Below, one piece after another: positions 10,797 to 20,759 of a stretch of DNA of 64,000 nucleotides. The stretch is taken from assembly GCA_963708295.1 (NCBI GenBank), contig CAVPSJ010000013.1, positions 160,001 to 224,000 on the forward strand, in the 5' to 3' direction. The first letter of the stretch is position 1. Each line of letters opens with the position of its first letter. The notes beneath the pieces are model-generated. The model worked only from the letters and a program-made list of their open reading frames with translations, searched no databases and was not told where the DNA came from. This DNA is from an uncultured delta proteobacterium. GTDB lineage: Bacteria; Desulfobacterota; BSN033; UBA1163. The translations under genes were made by a program, and so were the position numbers.

Positions 10797-11459
10797 TTTC
10801 TCCTCCTTCTAACTTTATTTTGGAAAAAGTAAAGTCAAAGTTCGCCTCTCTCTTTCAAAAAAGCCTACCGTCAACAAAAGCATGTTAGAAAATTCAATAA
10901 ACCTTTAATAAATACCAAGCTTCTTTCCGCTTCCCTCTTACCTAAGAACTCACCTCCCTCCCTCTCCGGTTAGATCTTATCTTACCTACCCCAATGAATC
11001 CGATATATAGGATATACTTTATCCTGTTTCAAGGGGTCTAACTATTATCCTCTCACACACAAATCCAGATCTAGAAACCGAAGCCGTTTTCCCGATCGGT
11101 CATTTCAATCACAGTTTTTCTGATGATATTTTGTTACGTAGCTCGACCGGATAAGCTGCCTTCGATGGGGTTTTTTGTATTTATGCAGATTTAAAATTAG
11201 ACTGACCGCTTTCTTTTTGTCAACCAAAGAATGATAGCCGAAATTCATAGCATTGTAGTCAATTTTTGTCAAGAAAAAAACAGAGTGTGTCATTGAAACT
11301 TGGTCCCAGGGACCCCATGTCGTCCTGAACCGCGGTGACAAAAGACGGATTGTCATTGAGTTTTCCCGGGCTTCATGCGTTCTGCCGTAACCTTAGGTCC
11401 GCGTCACGGTACGAATTCCCGCATCTTTTCCAGGACCAAACGATTTGCAGTTTGGTATT

Positions 11460-11510
11460 ATTGTCTTACCATTTATTCTTATTGACAACCGCCGGTCTGT
11501 TTGTTATTTT
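11460..11510 (+). promoter_or_regulatory. Sigma70 promoter with upstream FadR-type operator for the sucC-like operon
   Basis: aTTGTCTTACCAtt at 11460-11473; TTGACA 11482-11487, 17 nt, TATTTT 11505-11510. Confidence 0.55.
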
Positions 11511-11604
11511 AGGAAAGTTCGATCGGGCATGGAGCAAGAGATAGAATCGCCCTTGTGAAACGGAGTTCGGTTATAGCAGGAGAAAAGCACCGCAGGAGGT
11601 CTGT

Positions 11605-12867
11605 ATGGCTCGACTATTCGAATACCAGGGAAAACAGTTGCTTAAAGCATTCAAAGTCCCCATTCCCCAGGGTGAGGTAGCAACGACTCCCCAGGAAGCC
11701 AAGAAGATCGCCGAGAAGATTGGCAAGCCCGTTGCCATCAAATCACAGGTCTGGGCAGGAGGAAGAGGAAAGGCAGGGGGTATTAAATTCGCTGAACACG
11801 CCATCGATGCCGAGATTGTCGCGAACCAGATCCTGGGATCGGAGATTAAAAAACTGAAGGTAGAAAAGGTACTCGTCGAGGAGAAACTGGACATCGACAA
11901 GGAATATTATATCGGTGTCATCGTTGATTCTTCGAGGGAAGTCCGCGCCCCCATCATTATGTTCAGCACGGAAGGGGGAATGGATATCGAATCGGTCCCT
12001 TCGGAAAAGATCGCTACGATGACGGTAGACGTCCTCCGGGGGGTTCGGCTCTATGATGCCCTTAACCTTGCCCTCAAACTGAAGGTCCCGACGGCACATC
12101 TTCCGGGTGTGGCCCAGGCGATCTCAGGCCTGTTCAAAACGTTCAAGGAATATAACTGCAGGACCGCCGAGATCAATCCCCTGATCGTCACCAAGGACGG
12201 GAAAGTCCTTGCCGGAGATTGCCGGATAGCGATTGACGACTCTTCCGTCTTTCGTCATCCCGAGCTCGGCATCGAAGTTGCCCGGGAGGCTGCGACTCCG
12301 CCCACGGAGCTCGATAAGATCGCCTGGCAGATCGAAGAAGGAGACCTCCGGGGGACCTGCTACATCGCTCAGATGGTGACAGAGATAAAGGGGCTCAACT
12401 ACGTAGGTTACCACGGGATGGGTGGTGGTGGGGCCATTCTGGGGGTGGATGGCTTGAACCGCGTGGGGCTTAAGATTCCCAACTACGCCGACACGAGCGG
12501 GAACCCGACGGCGGCCAAGGTCTATCGGGCAGCGAAGGTCATCTTTTCGCAACCCGGCATCGAGGGCTATATGCTCGGCGGATTCATGTACGCAAACCAG
12601 GAACAGTGGCACCATGCCCATGGCGTCGTGAAGGCCCTCCGGGAGGAACTCCCCAAGAGACCTGGATTTCCCTGCGTGCTCCTGATCTGTGGCAACAAGG
12701 AGAAGGAGGCCCTTGAGATTTTACGAGAGGGGACGAAAGATCTGCCCGGACGGATCGAGATCTACGGAGGGGACAAGGTATATGAGACCCAGTTTTTGGC
12801 CGAGAGGATGAAGGCTCTCATTTTAGAATACCGGAAGGAAAGAGGGATAACCGAAGAGAATTCCTAA
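11605..12867 (+). CDS. ADP-forming acyl-CoA ligase beta subunit (SucC/MtkA-like, divergent)
   Basis: LFEYQGKQLL, KSQVWAGGRGKAGG, EGGMDIE, EINPL; substrate-side loop GMGGGGAIL / NYADTSGNP differs from canonical SucC. Confidence 0.88.
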   Translation: MARLFEYQGKQLLKAFKVPIPQGEVATTPQEAKKIAEKIGKPVAIKSQVWAGGRGKAGGIKFAEHAIDAEIVANQILGSEIKKLKVEKVLVEEKLDIDKEYYIGVIVDSSREVRAPIIMFSTEGGMDIESVPSEKIATMTVDVLRGVRLYDALNLALKLKVPTAHLPGVAQAISGLFKTFKEYNCRTAEINPLIVTKDGKVLAGDCRIAIDDSSVFRHPELGIEVAREAATPPTELDKIAWQIEEGDLRGTCYIAQMVTEIKGLNYVGYHGMGGGGAILGVDGLNRVGLKIPNYADTSGNPTAAKVYRAAKVIFSQPGIEGYMLGGFMYANQEQWHHAHGVVKALREELPKRPGFPCVLLICGNKEKEALEILREGTKDLPGRIEIYGGDKVYETQFLAERMKALILEYRKERGITEENS

Positions 12868-13020
12868 ATCCGAAGCACGAAATCCGAAATTCGAAGCAAT
12901 TTCGAATGATCAAAATTCAAAACAAATGAATGAAAAAAGTTGCGGAGATTAGGTCATTCGGATTTTGAATTTGTTTCGGATTGGTCCGAGACGGACGCTC
13001 CGCCCGATATTCGAATTTTA
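12866..13020. repeat. AT-rich heptad-periodic inverted repeat, empty copy
   Basis: aaatccgaagcacgaaatccgaaattcgaa ... ttcggattttgaatttgtttcgga; nearly identical left arm at about 40128. Confidence 0.7.
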
Positions 13021-13094
13021 GAAGCTTTACCGCTTCATGTACAATTTGATACGCAAGCGATTGATATTGTCCAGGGTCAGGGAGGCGTAAAATT

Positions 13095-13379
13095 ATGCAT
13101 TTTGAAGAACAAACGATCAAAGTGAATATCGATGAGAGCAAATGCGTCGGCTGTAAAACCCACGCCTGTGCGGCGGGGTGCAAGCTCTTCGACCGGGGAA
13201 TCCTGGTCATCAAAGACGGTAAACCGGCCCTTGCAGGAGACGCGGCCTTCGCCCGTCGGGTAGGGACGGAGTGCCTCGCATGCGAGTATGAATGCTGGTT
13301 CAGGGGAAACAAGGCGATTACGATCGAAGCGCCGGTTCCCGGGTTGGATGAATATCGAAAAAAACATGGCGTGGTCTGA
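13095..13379 (+). CDS. Small ferredoxin-like Fe-S protein
   Basis: IDESKCVGCxxxxCxxxC ... TECLACEYEC; seven Cys; RBS ggagg. Confidence 0.8.
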   Translation: MHFEEQTIKVNIDESKCVGCKTHACAAGCKLFDRGILVIKDGKPALAGDAAFARRVGTECLACEYECWFRGNKAITIEAPVPGLDEYRKKHGVV

Positions 13380-13527
13380 TTTCGGATTGTAAATGGCAGA
13401 TTGCGGATTGAAAAAATCTGAAACCTTACCTAAAGAAATTGAAATTCGATGAACCTGTCATCCTGAACTCGTTTCAGGATCTCAAAAGATAATTCTCAGA
13501 TCTGAAATCAGATTTGGAGGGGACGAA

Positions 13528-14424
13528 ATGGCTATTTTGCTGAAGAAAGATACGAAGGTCTTAGTTCAGGGGATCACAGGGAGGGAAGGCTCGGCGCGGG
13601 CTGCATTCATGAAAGGTTATGGGACCAACGTGGTGGCCGGCGTCACACCGGGGCGCGGTGGAGAAGAGGTAGGCGGGACTCCTGTTTACAATACCATACA
13701 AGAAGCTGTGAAGGCCCATGGTAACTTCGATTTGAGCGTCACCTTCATCCCCGGGCCAAGCCTCAAGGACGCGGTTCTCGAAGCCCTGGATGCAGATATC
13801 AAGTTTCTTGTTATGCCGGTGGAAAGGGTTCCTCTCTACGACATCCTGGAGATGATGGCCCACGGAAAACAGAAGGGGGCGCGCTTGCTGGGTCCGGGAT
13901 CCATCGGGATCATCAGCCCCGGAATTGCGGCAGCAGGCTGGCTGGGAGGATCTCCGGACTTTGCAAAAAGGGTCTTTGTCCCCGGACACGTCGGGGTGAT
14001 TTCCAGGAGCGGGGGACAGTCTGCAACGGTTCCGTACACGATTAAGGAAGCGGGCCTTGGGATGACCACCGTCGTTCATGTTGGAACAGAGCCCGTGGTG
14101 GGGCAGTCTTTCGCAGACATCTTACCCCTCTTCCAGGCTGACGAGGAAACCCATGCCGTTGCCATCTTCGGTGAGATTGGTGGAACGAATGAGGAAGAGG
14201 CAGCGGAGGCGGTGAGGCGTAAAGAGTTCACCAAGCCTCTGGTGATTTATGTTGCCGGAGCATGGGCTCCGGAAGGAATGCGGTTTTCCCATGCCAGCAG
14301 TATCGTCGAGCGAGGCAAAGGGTCCGCGAAGGATAAGGTGAAGAACCTGAAGGATGCAGGGATCCATGTGGTGGACCGACCCGATGAAATCGCGCCCACC
14401 CTGAAACGGCTGCTACGCGTTTAA
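13528..14424 (+). CDS. ADP-forming acyl-CoA ligase alpha subunit (SucD/MtkB-like)
   Basis: VQGITGREG, GVTPG, SRSG, GEIGG, phospho-His in RFSHASSI. Confidence 0.9.
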   Translation: MAILLKKDTKVLVQGITGREGSARAAFMKGYGTNVVAGVTPGRGGEEVGGTPVYNTIQEAVKAHGNFDLSVTFIPGPSLKDAVLEALDADIKFLVMPVERVPLYDILEMMAHGKQKGARLLGPGSIGIISPGIAAAGWLGGSPDFAKRVFVPGHVGVISRSGGQSATVPYTIKEAGLGMTTVVHVGTEPVVGQSFADILPLFQADEETHAVAIFGEIGGTNEEEAAEAVRRKEFTKPLVIYVAGAWAPEGMRFSHASSIVERGKGSAKDKVKNLKDAGIHVVDRPDEIAPTLKRLLRV

Positions 14425-14472
14425 TTGACCCAATAACTCAATAACTCATTAACTCAATATAGGAGGTGCATT

Positions 14473-15370
14473 ATGACTGTCATGAGATCCGTTTTTTACA
14501 TTCCGGGAAATAATGAGAAGATGATTTCCAAGGCTCCTGAAACTCCGGCCGACATTATCACCTTGGACCTGGAGGATTCTGTCCCCCCGGCTGAGAAAGC
14601 AAAGGCCCGCGATATGGTCAAGGAAAACTTGAAATTTGCAGGATCCGGCGGATCAACGATTTATGTCCGGATCAACAACTGGGAGACTTTGATGACCAAT
14701 GACGATCTCGAAGCGATTGTCCACCCAGGCCTCTCAGGAGTTTGCCTGGCTAAGTGCGGTGGCGCGGATCATGTCCAGCGTCTCGACTGGAAATTGGAGG
14801 AACTGGAGCGAAGAAGAGGATTGAAGGTGGGGAGTGTTGCCATTCAGCTTCTTATCGAGACAGCCAAAGGGGTTATCAACGCCTATCCTTCAGCCATCGC
14901 CAGCAAGCGGGTCAATTCTCTCATCTTTGGCGCAGTGGATTACACGAAAGATATGAGAGTGAAACTGACGACCGAGGGAGATGAGCAATTGTATGCCCGG
15001 GCGCATAATGCGGTCGCTGCCAGGGCTGCGGGCTGCATTGCCATTGACTGCCCCTTTGTGGCCTTTAAGGATGCAGAAGCCTTTGAGAAGAACACGCGCT
15101 TTGGGCGTCAGCTGGGTTATGAAGGAAGAATGCTTATTCACCCAAGCCAAATCGAGCCCTCTCATAAAATCTATACGCCATCCCCGGAAGATGTCGAATG
15201 GGCAAAGGGTGTGGTAAAGGTTTTTGAGGAAGAGGGGATCGCGAAGGGCGCTGCAGCCGTTTCCTATATGGGGAAGATGGTAGATACACCGGTTTATGAT
15301 AATGCCAGGACGATCCTTGCAACCATCGCAAGAAATCTCTGCCTTTGATGCAAAGCGAAAGAAGGGATAG
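14473..15370 (+). CDS. CitE / malyl-CoA lyase family CoA-ester lyase; probable indel near 15330
   Basis: RSVFYIPG, LDLEDSV, YVRIN, IETAKG, FGAVDY, IHPSQI, GKMVD; shifted frame ends ...AFDAKRKKG*. Confidence 0.88.
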
Positions 15371-15484
15371 AGTCAGCTTGCTTCCAAAAAGTACAATGAC
15401 ATAATGGAGGGCTTGACAATCCCCCCTCGCCCCCCTTCATTAAAAAGGGGGGTTGGGGGGATTTTTTTTTGAGGAATTTGTGCC

Positions 15485-16399
15485 ATGAGGATTGCCATCG
15501 TTGGACAAGGTCCTTTTGGGGAGAAAGTGTTGCAGGCCTTGATCCAAAAAGGACAGAACATCGTCGGGACCTTTTGTCCTCCGGATAAAAGGGGTGAAGG
15601 AATGAAGGTCTTGGCTGAAAAATCAAGCATTCCCTCCTTTCGCCCGGGTTTAATGAAGGAGCCTCAGGTTTATGAGGCTTACTCAACATTGAAGCCAGAT
15701 CTTGCCATCCTGGCATTTGTGACTGATATCATTCCTGAAAAGTTGCTCGCGGTCCCATCTCTTGGAACGATTTGTTATCATCCTTCTATTCTACCCAGAC
15801 ACCGTGGGGCCAGCGCGATTAATTGGGCTCTTATTCAGGGCGATACCCGGACGGGATTGACCATTTTCTGGGTTGACAAAGGAATTGACACCGGTCCCAT
15901 CCTGCTTCAAAAAGAAGTTGAAATTAAGCCCGAGGATACGACAGGCTCAGTGTATTTCAACAAGCTCTTCCCTATGGGAGTGGATGCGATGGTGGAGGCT
16001 GTCGAATTGATCGAAAAAGGAAAGGCTCCGAGGATCCCGCAGGATGATTCCAAAGCGACTTACGAGCCTCCGTGTGATGATCGAGTAGCCTCCGTGAACT
16101 TTGAAAAATCAGTCAACGACGTTTACAATTTAATCAGGGGCTGCGACCCTCAACCCGGGGCTTATACGACTTATCAAGGGAAAAGAGTGAGATTTTATGA
16201 GGCAAAGATGTCGCCCTCGGCCATTCACAAGCAACCCGGCGAGATCATCTCAGTCGAGGAAGGAAGCGTTCAAATCGCTGTAAAAGACGGAATGATACAG
16301 GTTGGCAAACTCAGAGTGGACAAGGGGGAAAAGACAGGACCCGCTGAATTTGCCAAATCAATCGGTATGAAGGTCGGAGATCGATTTGGAAATAGGTAA
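15485..16399 (+). CDS. Formyltransferase / 10-formyl-THF hydrolase-like protein (Fmt / ALDH1L1 N-domain family)
   Basis: YHPSILPRHRGASAINW, GLTIFWVDKGIDTG, IRGCDPQPGA. Confidence 0.88.
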   Translation: MRIAIVGQGPFGEKVLQALIQKGQNIVGTFCPPDKRGEGMKVLAEKSSIPSFRPGLMKEPQVYEAYSTLKPDLAILAFVTDIIPEKLLAVPSLGTICYHPSILPRHRGASAINWALIQGDTRTGLTIFWVDKGIDTGPILLQKEVEIKPEDTTGSVYFNKLFPMGVDAMVEAVELIEKGKAPRIPQDDSKATYEPPCDDRVASVNFEKSVNDVYNLIRGCDPQPGAYTTYQGKRVRFYEAKMSPSAIHKQPGEIISVEEGSVQIAVKDGMIQVGKLRVDKGEKTGPAEFAKSIGMKVGDRFGNR

Positions 16400-16501
16400 C
16401 AACTGGAGTATTGGAGTGATGGAGTATTGGGTCTAAGATTTTTCTCATTATTCCATTACTCCAGTACTCCATTGCTCCATTTTTTATGGAGGGGAGGACC
16501 C

Positions 16502-17881
16502 ATGGAACGAGAAAAGTTGATTGAAGAAATGGCGAAGGTTGTGGGGAAAGAGAATGTCCTATCGTCAGAGACGGACCTGTTGCTCTATGGTTACGATGCC
16601 TCTCTCTTTCGAGGAAAACCCGATTGCATCGTCCTTCCCGGTTCGACAGAAGAAGTTTCCAAGATCGTCAGGTTCGCCCACGAAGCAGGGGTTCATGTGG
16701 TGGGCAGAGGGTCCGGAACGAACTTGAGTGGAGGGACGATTTTGACGAAGGGCGGAATCGTCATTCATTTTTCCAGGATGAACAGAATCTTAGAGATCGA
16801 CATTGAAAATCAGAGGGCCGTCGTGCAACCCGCCGTCTTTACACTCGCTTTGAAAAACGCCCTGGTCCGTTACGGATATGTCTATCAACCGGACCCGGCC
16901 AGTGAAAAGGTGTCCACTTTCGGCGGAAATTTTGGAGAAAATTCAGGTGGGCCTCACTGTCTCAAATATGGAGTGACGACCAATCATATTCTGGGGGCTG
17001 AAGTGGTCTTGTATAACGGTGAAGTGATCCAGGTGGGAGGTAAGGCATTGGACAATCCGGGATACGATTTGACGGGAATCCTGGTAGGTTCGGAAGGCAC
17101 CCTCGGAATCGCTACGAAGTTGATCCTCCGGATCATGCCGAAACCAGAAGCCGTAAAGACCATGCTGGCCATCTACAATTCTCTTGAGGACGCAGGAAGA
17201 ACAGTCTCGGCCATTATCGGCGATGGCATCGTCCCTGCCACTCTGGAGATGCTGGACAGATTAACCATCAAAGCGGTCGAGGAGTCCATCCATGCGGGGT
17301 TTCCACTGGATGCCGAGGCGGTCCTGATCATCGAGCTCGACGGGCTGAAGGATGGGATGGAGAGGCTGGCTGAAAGGATCATGGAGATCTGCAGGAAATA
17401 TCATGTCCGGGAGGTCAAGGCCGCAAAGAATGAGGCCGAGAGAACCCAGCTCTGGGCAGGCAGGAAAGGAGCCTTTGGGGCGGTTGCCAGGCTTCGGCCG
17501 AACTATCTCGTCTGTGACGGAACCGTTCCCAGAACAAAACTTCCCGAAGTTTTGACCAAAGTGATGGAGGTCGGCAAGAAGTACAACCTTTCCATCGCAA
17601 ACGTATTCCATGCAGGAGACGGAAACCTTCATCCTCTTATCCTCTTTGATGAAAGAGATGAAGAGGAGTTGAAGAAGGTTCATTCAGCGGGCTCGGAAAT
17701 CATGAAGCTGTGTGCCGACGCGGGCGGGACGATCAGCGGCGAGCATGGTATTGGTACAGAGAAGAAGAAGGAGATGCTTTTCGTCTTTACGCCTCGTGAC
17801 ATCAGCGCCATGAAAAAGGTGAAGATGGCCTTCGATCCTGAGGACGTTTACAATCCGGGAAAGGTTTTACCGGAGGTCTAG
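16502..17881 (+). CDS. glcD: Glycolate oxidase subunit GlcD-like
   Basis: GSGTNLSGG, ENSGGPHCLKYGVT, HAGDGNLHP, GEHGIG; followed by glcE/glcF-like genes; ATG at 16502 after an RBS. Confidence 0.88.
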   Translation: MEREKLIEEMAKVVGKENVLSSETDLLLYGYDASLFRGKPDCIVLPGSTEEVSKIVRFAHEAGVHVVGRGSGTNLSGGTILTKGGIVIHFSRMNRILEIDIENQRAVVQPAVFTLALKNALVRYGYVYQPDPASEKVSTFGGNFGENSGGPHCLKYGVTTNHILGAEVVLYNGEVIQVGGKALDNPGYDLTGILVGSEGTLGIATKLILRIMPKPEAVKTMLAIYNSLEDAGRTVSAIIGDGIVPATLEMLDRLTIKAVEESIHAGFPLDAEAVLIIELDGLKDGMERLAERIMEICRKYHVREVKAAKNEAERTQLWAGRKGAFGAVARLRPNYLVCDGTVPRTKLPEVLTKVMEVGKKYNLSIANVFHAGDGNLHPLILFDERDEEELKKVHSAGSEIMKLCADAGGTISGEHGIGTEKKKEMLFVFTPRDISAMKKVKMAFDPEDVYNPGKVLPEV

Positions 17882-17984
17882 GAACAAGATCCCCCTAAAT
17901 CCACATTTACGAAAGGGAGAAATTATCTTTTCCCTCCCTTTTGTTAAGAGAGGTCTGGAGGAATTACGCGTAAGGAGACTTTTT

Positions 17985-19355
17985 ATGCTCAAGACCGATA
18001 AACTTTTTATCAGATTAAGAGAGATGATTGGCGAAGCCTATGTGATTCGGGACCCGGAAAAGCTCAAGGCCTATGTCATTGATGGGAAGAAACCGAAGGC
18101 CGTCGTCACTCCGGGGACGATCGATGAGGTTTCAAAGGTGGTTGCCTATGCGAGTCAGGAGCATCTCGCCATCGTTCCGAGAGGGAATGGAACCAAGATG
18201 GAAATGGGCGGGATTCCGAAGAAGTTGGATGTCGTTCTTTCCACCGGCCGGCTCAATCGCATCACCGATAGGGACTGCGAGAATCTTACACTTTCCGCCG
18301 AAAGCGGGTTGACTCTCGGCGAAGTTCAGAAGGGTTTAGCGAAAGTCGGAAAGGGATATTTTCTTCCACTCGATCCTTCCTTTACCGATAAGGCCACTTT
18401 GGGCGGCATTGTGGCGACCAACTCCAGCGGGCCGAAGCGGCTGCTTTACGGCACGGCCAGGGATATGATGATCGGGGCCAAGGCGGTCTTTCCAAATGGA
18501 GATCTCGTCGTTTCCGGGGGGAAAACGGTTAAGAATGTTTCCGGATATGACATGTGTAAACTCCTGATCGGGTCTCATGGAACGCTGGGCATACTCTGTG
18601 AATTGACCTTTAAACTCCTTCCTCTTCCTGAAAAAGAAGCAACCTTACTGCTTTCCTTCGGGAAATTAGAGGAAGCAGATGGCTTCGTTCGCGAGATTAG
18701 AGGTTCTCAATTGATCCCATCGTCCCTCGAGATGCTTAATGCCAAGGCTGTTCAAAGCATGAAATATCCGGTGTCCATGCCCCAGAATGGGAATTATCTC
18801 GTCGCCATCGGACTGGAGGGTGTCGCAGAAAGCATCGACAGGCAGGTTTCCGAGATGAGCGAGATGGCAAAGAAACAGGGGACCCTTGAAGCATTGACTT
18901 TGGATGCGGAGAGGCATCTGGCTTTCTGGGTTGCGGTCCGCGACTTCATCGATGGGTTGACCGAGAGATACCCGAGTGTCATCTCGCTCAAGTCCAACTT
19001 CTTGATCTCTAAATCCGGAGAAGTGCTGGATAATTATGAAAAGATTGCCCAGGGGTTGGGAATCGATTGTGCCTTCATCTCTCATGCCGGGAATGGGATT
19101 ATGTATTCCTATGTGCTCGCAGGGAAGAATTTTCGATCAAAGGTTGATTCCTTTGTAGAATTGATCGAAAAGCTGACGGCTGAGGCGGTGAAATACGGAG
19201 GCAGTCTTGTGGTGGAATCTTCTCCTCTAGCGATCAAGAAAAAGGTAGACGTGTGGGGACCGTCCCGAAGTGAATATTCGGTGGTCCGCCGGTTGAAGGA
19301 ACAGATAGATCCGGCAGGGATTCTGAACGTAGGGAGATTTGTGGGAGGAATTTAA
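17985..19355 (+). CDS. glcE: Glycolate oxidase FAD subunit GlcE-like
   Basis: GNGTK, ATNSSGPKR..YG, GGKTVKNVSGYD, DPAGILN.GRF. Confidence 0.85.
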   Translation: MLKTDKLFIRLREMIGEAYVIRDPEKLKAYVIDGKKPKAVVTPGTIDEVSKVVAYASQEHLAIVPRGNGTKMEMGGIPKKLDVVLSTGRLNRITDRDCENLTLSAESGLTLGEVQKGLAKVGKGYFLPLDPSFTDKATLGGIVATNSSGPKRLLYGTARDMMIGAKAVFPNGDLVVSGGKTVKNVSGYDMCKLLIGSHGTLGILCELTFKLLPLPEKEATLLLSFGKLEEADGFVREIRGSQLIPSSLEMLNAKAVQSMKYPVSMPQNGNYLVAIGLEGVAESIDRQVSEMSEMAKKQGTLEALTLDAERHLAFWVAVRDFIDGLTERYPSVISLKSNFLISKSGEVLDNYEKIAQGLGIDCAFISHAGNGIMYSYVLAGKNFRSKVDSFVELIEKLTAEAVKYGGSLVVESSPLAIKKKVDVWGPSRSEYSVVRRLKEQIDPAGILNVGRFVGGI

Positions 19356-19367
19356 GTTAAGAACATT

Positions 19368-19485
19368 AATTTCAAATGTCAAAATTCAAATGATCAAATG
19401 AATGTCAAATTCTAAACATCGGAATTGTTGACATTTGAACTTTGGATTTGAATTGAAATTTGAACTTTGACATTTGGCATTTTAG
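19368..19485. repeat. AT-rich heptad inverted repeat, empty copy
   Basis: caaatgtcaaaattcaaatgatcaaat ... ttgacatttgaactttggatttga ... tttgacatttgg. Confidence 0.7.
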
Positions 19486-19525
19486 ATATCGTTTAATTCT
19501 GATCACGATGGATAAGGAGTTGAAC

Positions 19526-20676
19526 ATGAAGACAAGAGGAACTGAAGACCTTATTGTATGACGAGATCGCAAAATGCAATCGATGCGGTTTCTGTCTGGC
19601 CCACTGCCCGGTTTACACGGTCAAGGGGAGGGAATGGGCGACGCCCCGGGGGAAGAATGCCCTTGTCAGGGCGATCATCGAGGGCAAAATCGGTTGGACA
19701 CCCGAAATCGAGGAGACCCTTTTCCGATGCACGGGCTGCAGGCTTTGCACGCAGACCTGTTTTCCTGCGGTGGAGACCAATCAGGGGGTTCTTGCAGGAA
19801 GGGCATGCCTGGCGGATATGAAGCAGTATCCAAAAATTGTAGATCGGGTGTCGGAGGCCGTGGAGAACAATTTCAATATTTCAGACGAGCCGAATGAGGA
19901 GCGCATCGCATGGGTGGAGTTCATCAAGAACGCTCCGGATCACATGTATCAGAAGGAAAAGGCAAAGGTGCTCTACTTTGTCGGATGTGTGGCCTCCTTC
20001 TTTCCACTCGTCCAGAAAATTCCTCAGGCTTTCGTTCAAATCCTGGATAAAGGCCAAGTGGATTTCGCTACCCTTGGAGGAGAGGAGTGGTGCTGTGGTT
20101 TTCCTCTGATCCAGATGGGAATGCCCGATAAGATGCAGAAACTGATCGACCACAACCAGGAGAAGGTCCGACAGCTGGGCGCTGAGACGGTCGTGTTCGC
20201 TTGCCCTTCGTGCTACCACACATGGAAGGAGAAATACAAGATCGACGCAGAGATGCTCCATTCGACCCAGTTTATGGAGAGGCTGATCACCGAGGGAAAG
20301 ATCAAGTTCAATAAGGGTTTCAATAAAACGGTGACTTATCATGATCCCTGCGACCTGGGAAGAAATAGCAAGGTCTTCGATCCGCCGAGAAATATCCTGA
20401 AAGCAATCCCTGGCCTTAAGCTGGTGGAGATGGCAAACAACCGGCAGTTGTGCAACTGCTGCGGAGGCGGAGGAGACCTCGAGATGATCGACTCCGGAAC
20501 TTTCTGCCGCCATCGCTGAAAGGAAGATTCAGGAGATTAAGGATACGGGAGCTGAAGTGGTGGTGACATCCTGTCAGCAATGCATCCGGACCATTTCAGG
20601 ATATGCCAGAAAACATGAGATTGATCTCAAGGTGATGGATATCACCGAGGTCGTCCTGGAGGCAATGGGGTCTTAA
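19526..20676 (+). CDS. glcF: Glycolate oxidase Fe-S subunit GlcF-like; indels near 19535 and 20493
   Basis: CNRCGFCLAHCP, CTGCRLCTQTC, WCCG, YHDPCDLGR, CCGGGG; shifted frame continues ...VVTSCQQCIRTI...EAMGS* to 20676; RBS aaggag before the ATG at 19526. Confidence 0.85.
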
Positions 20677-20759
20677 CTTACCCCAAGACTTCCGAAGAAA
20701 ATTGTTTTTAGAGAGTTTTCACTTGCCAAATTACTCAACGAGAAAAAAGTAGTCCACGC

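Noticed and set aside
7123-10812. Many long overlapping ORFs in the TRAP 1 region
   Set aside because: By-products of high GC3 on alternative frames and the opposite strand.
20517-20519. TGA ending the GlcF-like ORF as possible Sec
   Set aside because: The conserved SCQQC C-terminus is in a different frame, starting upstream near 20493.
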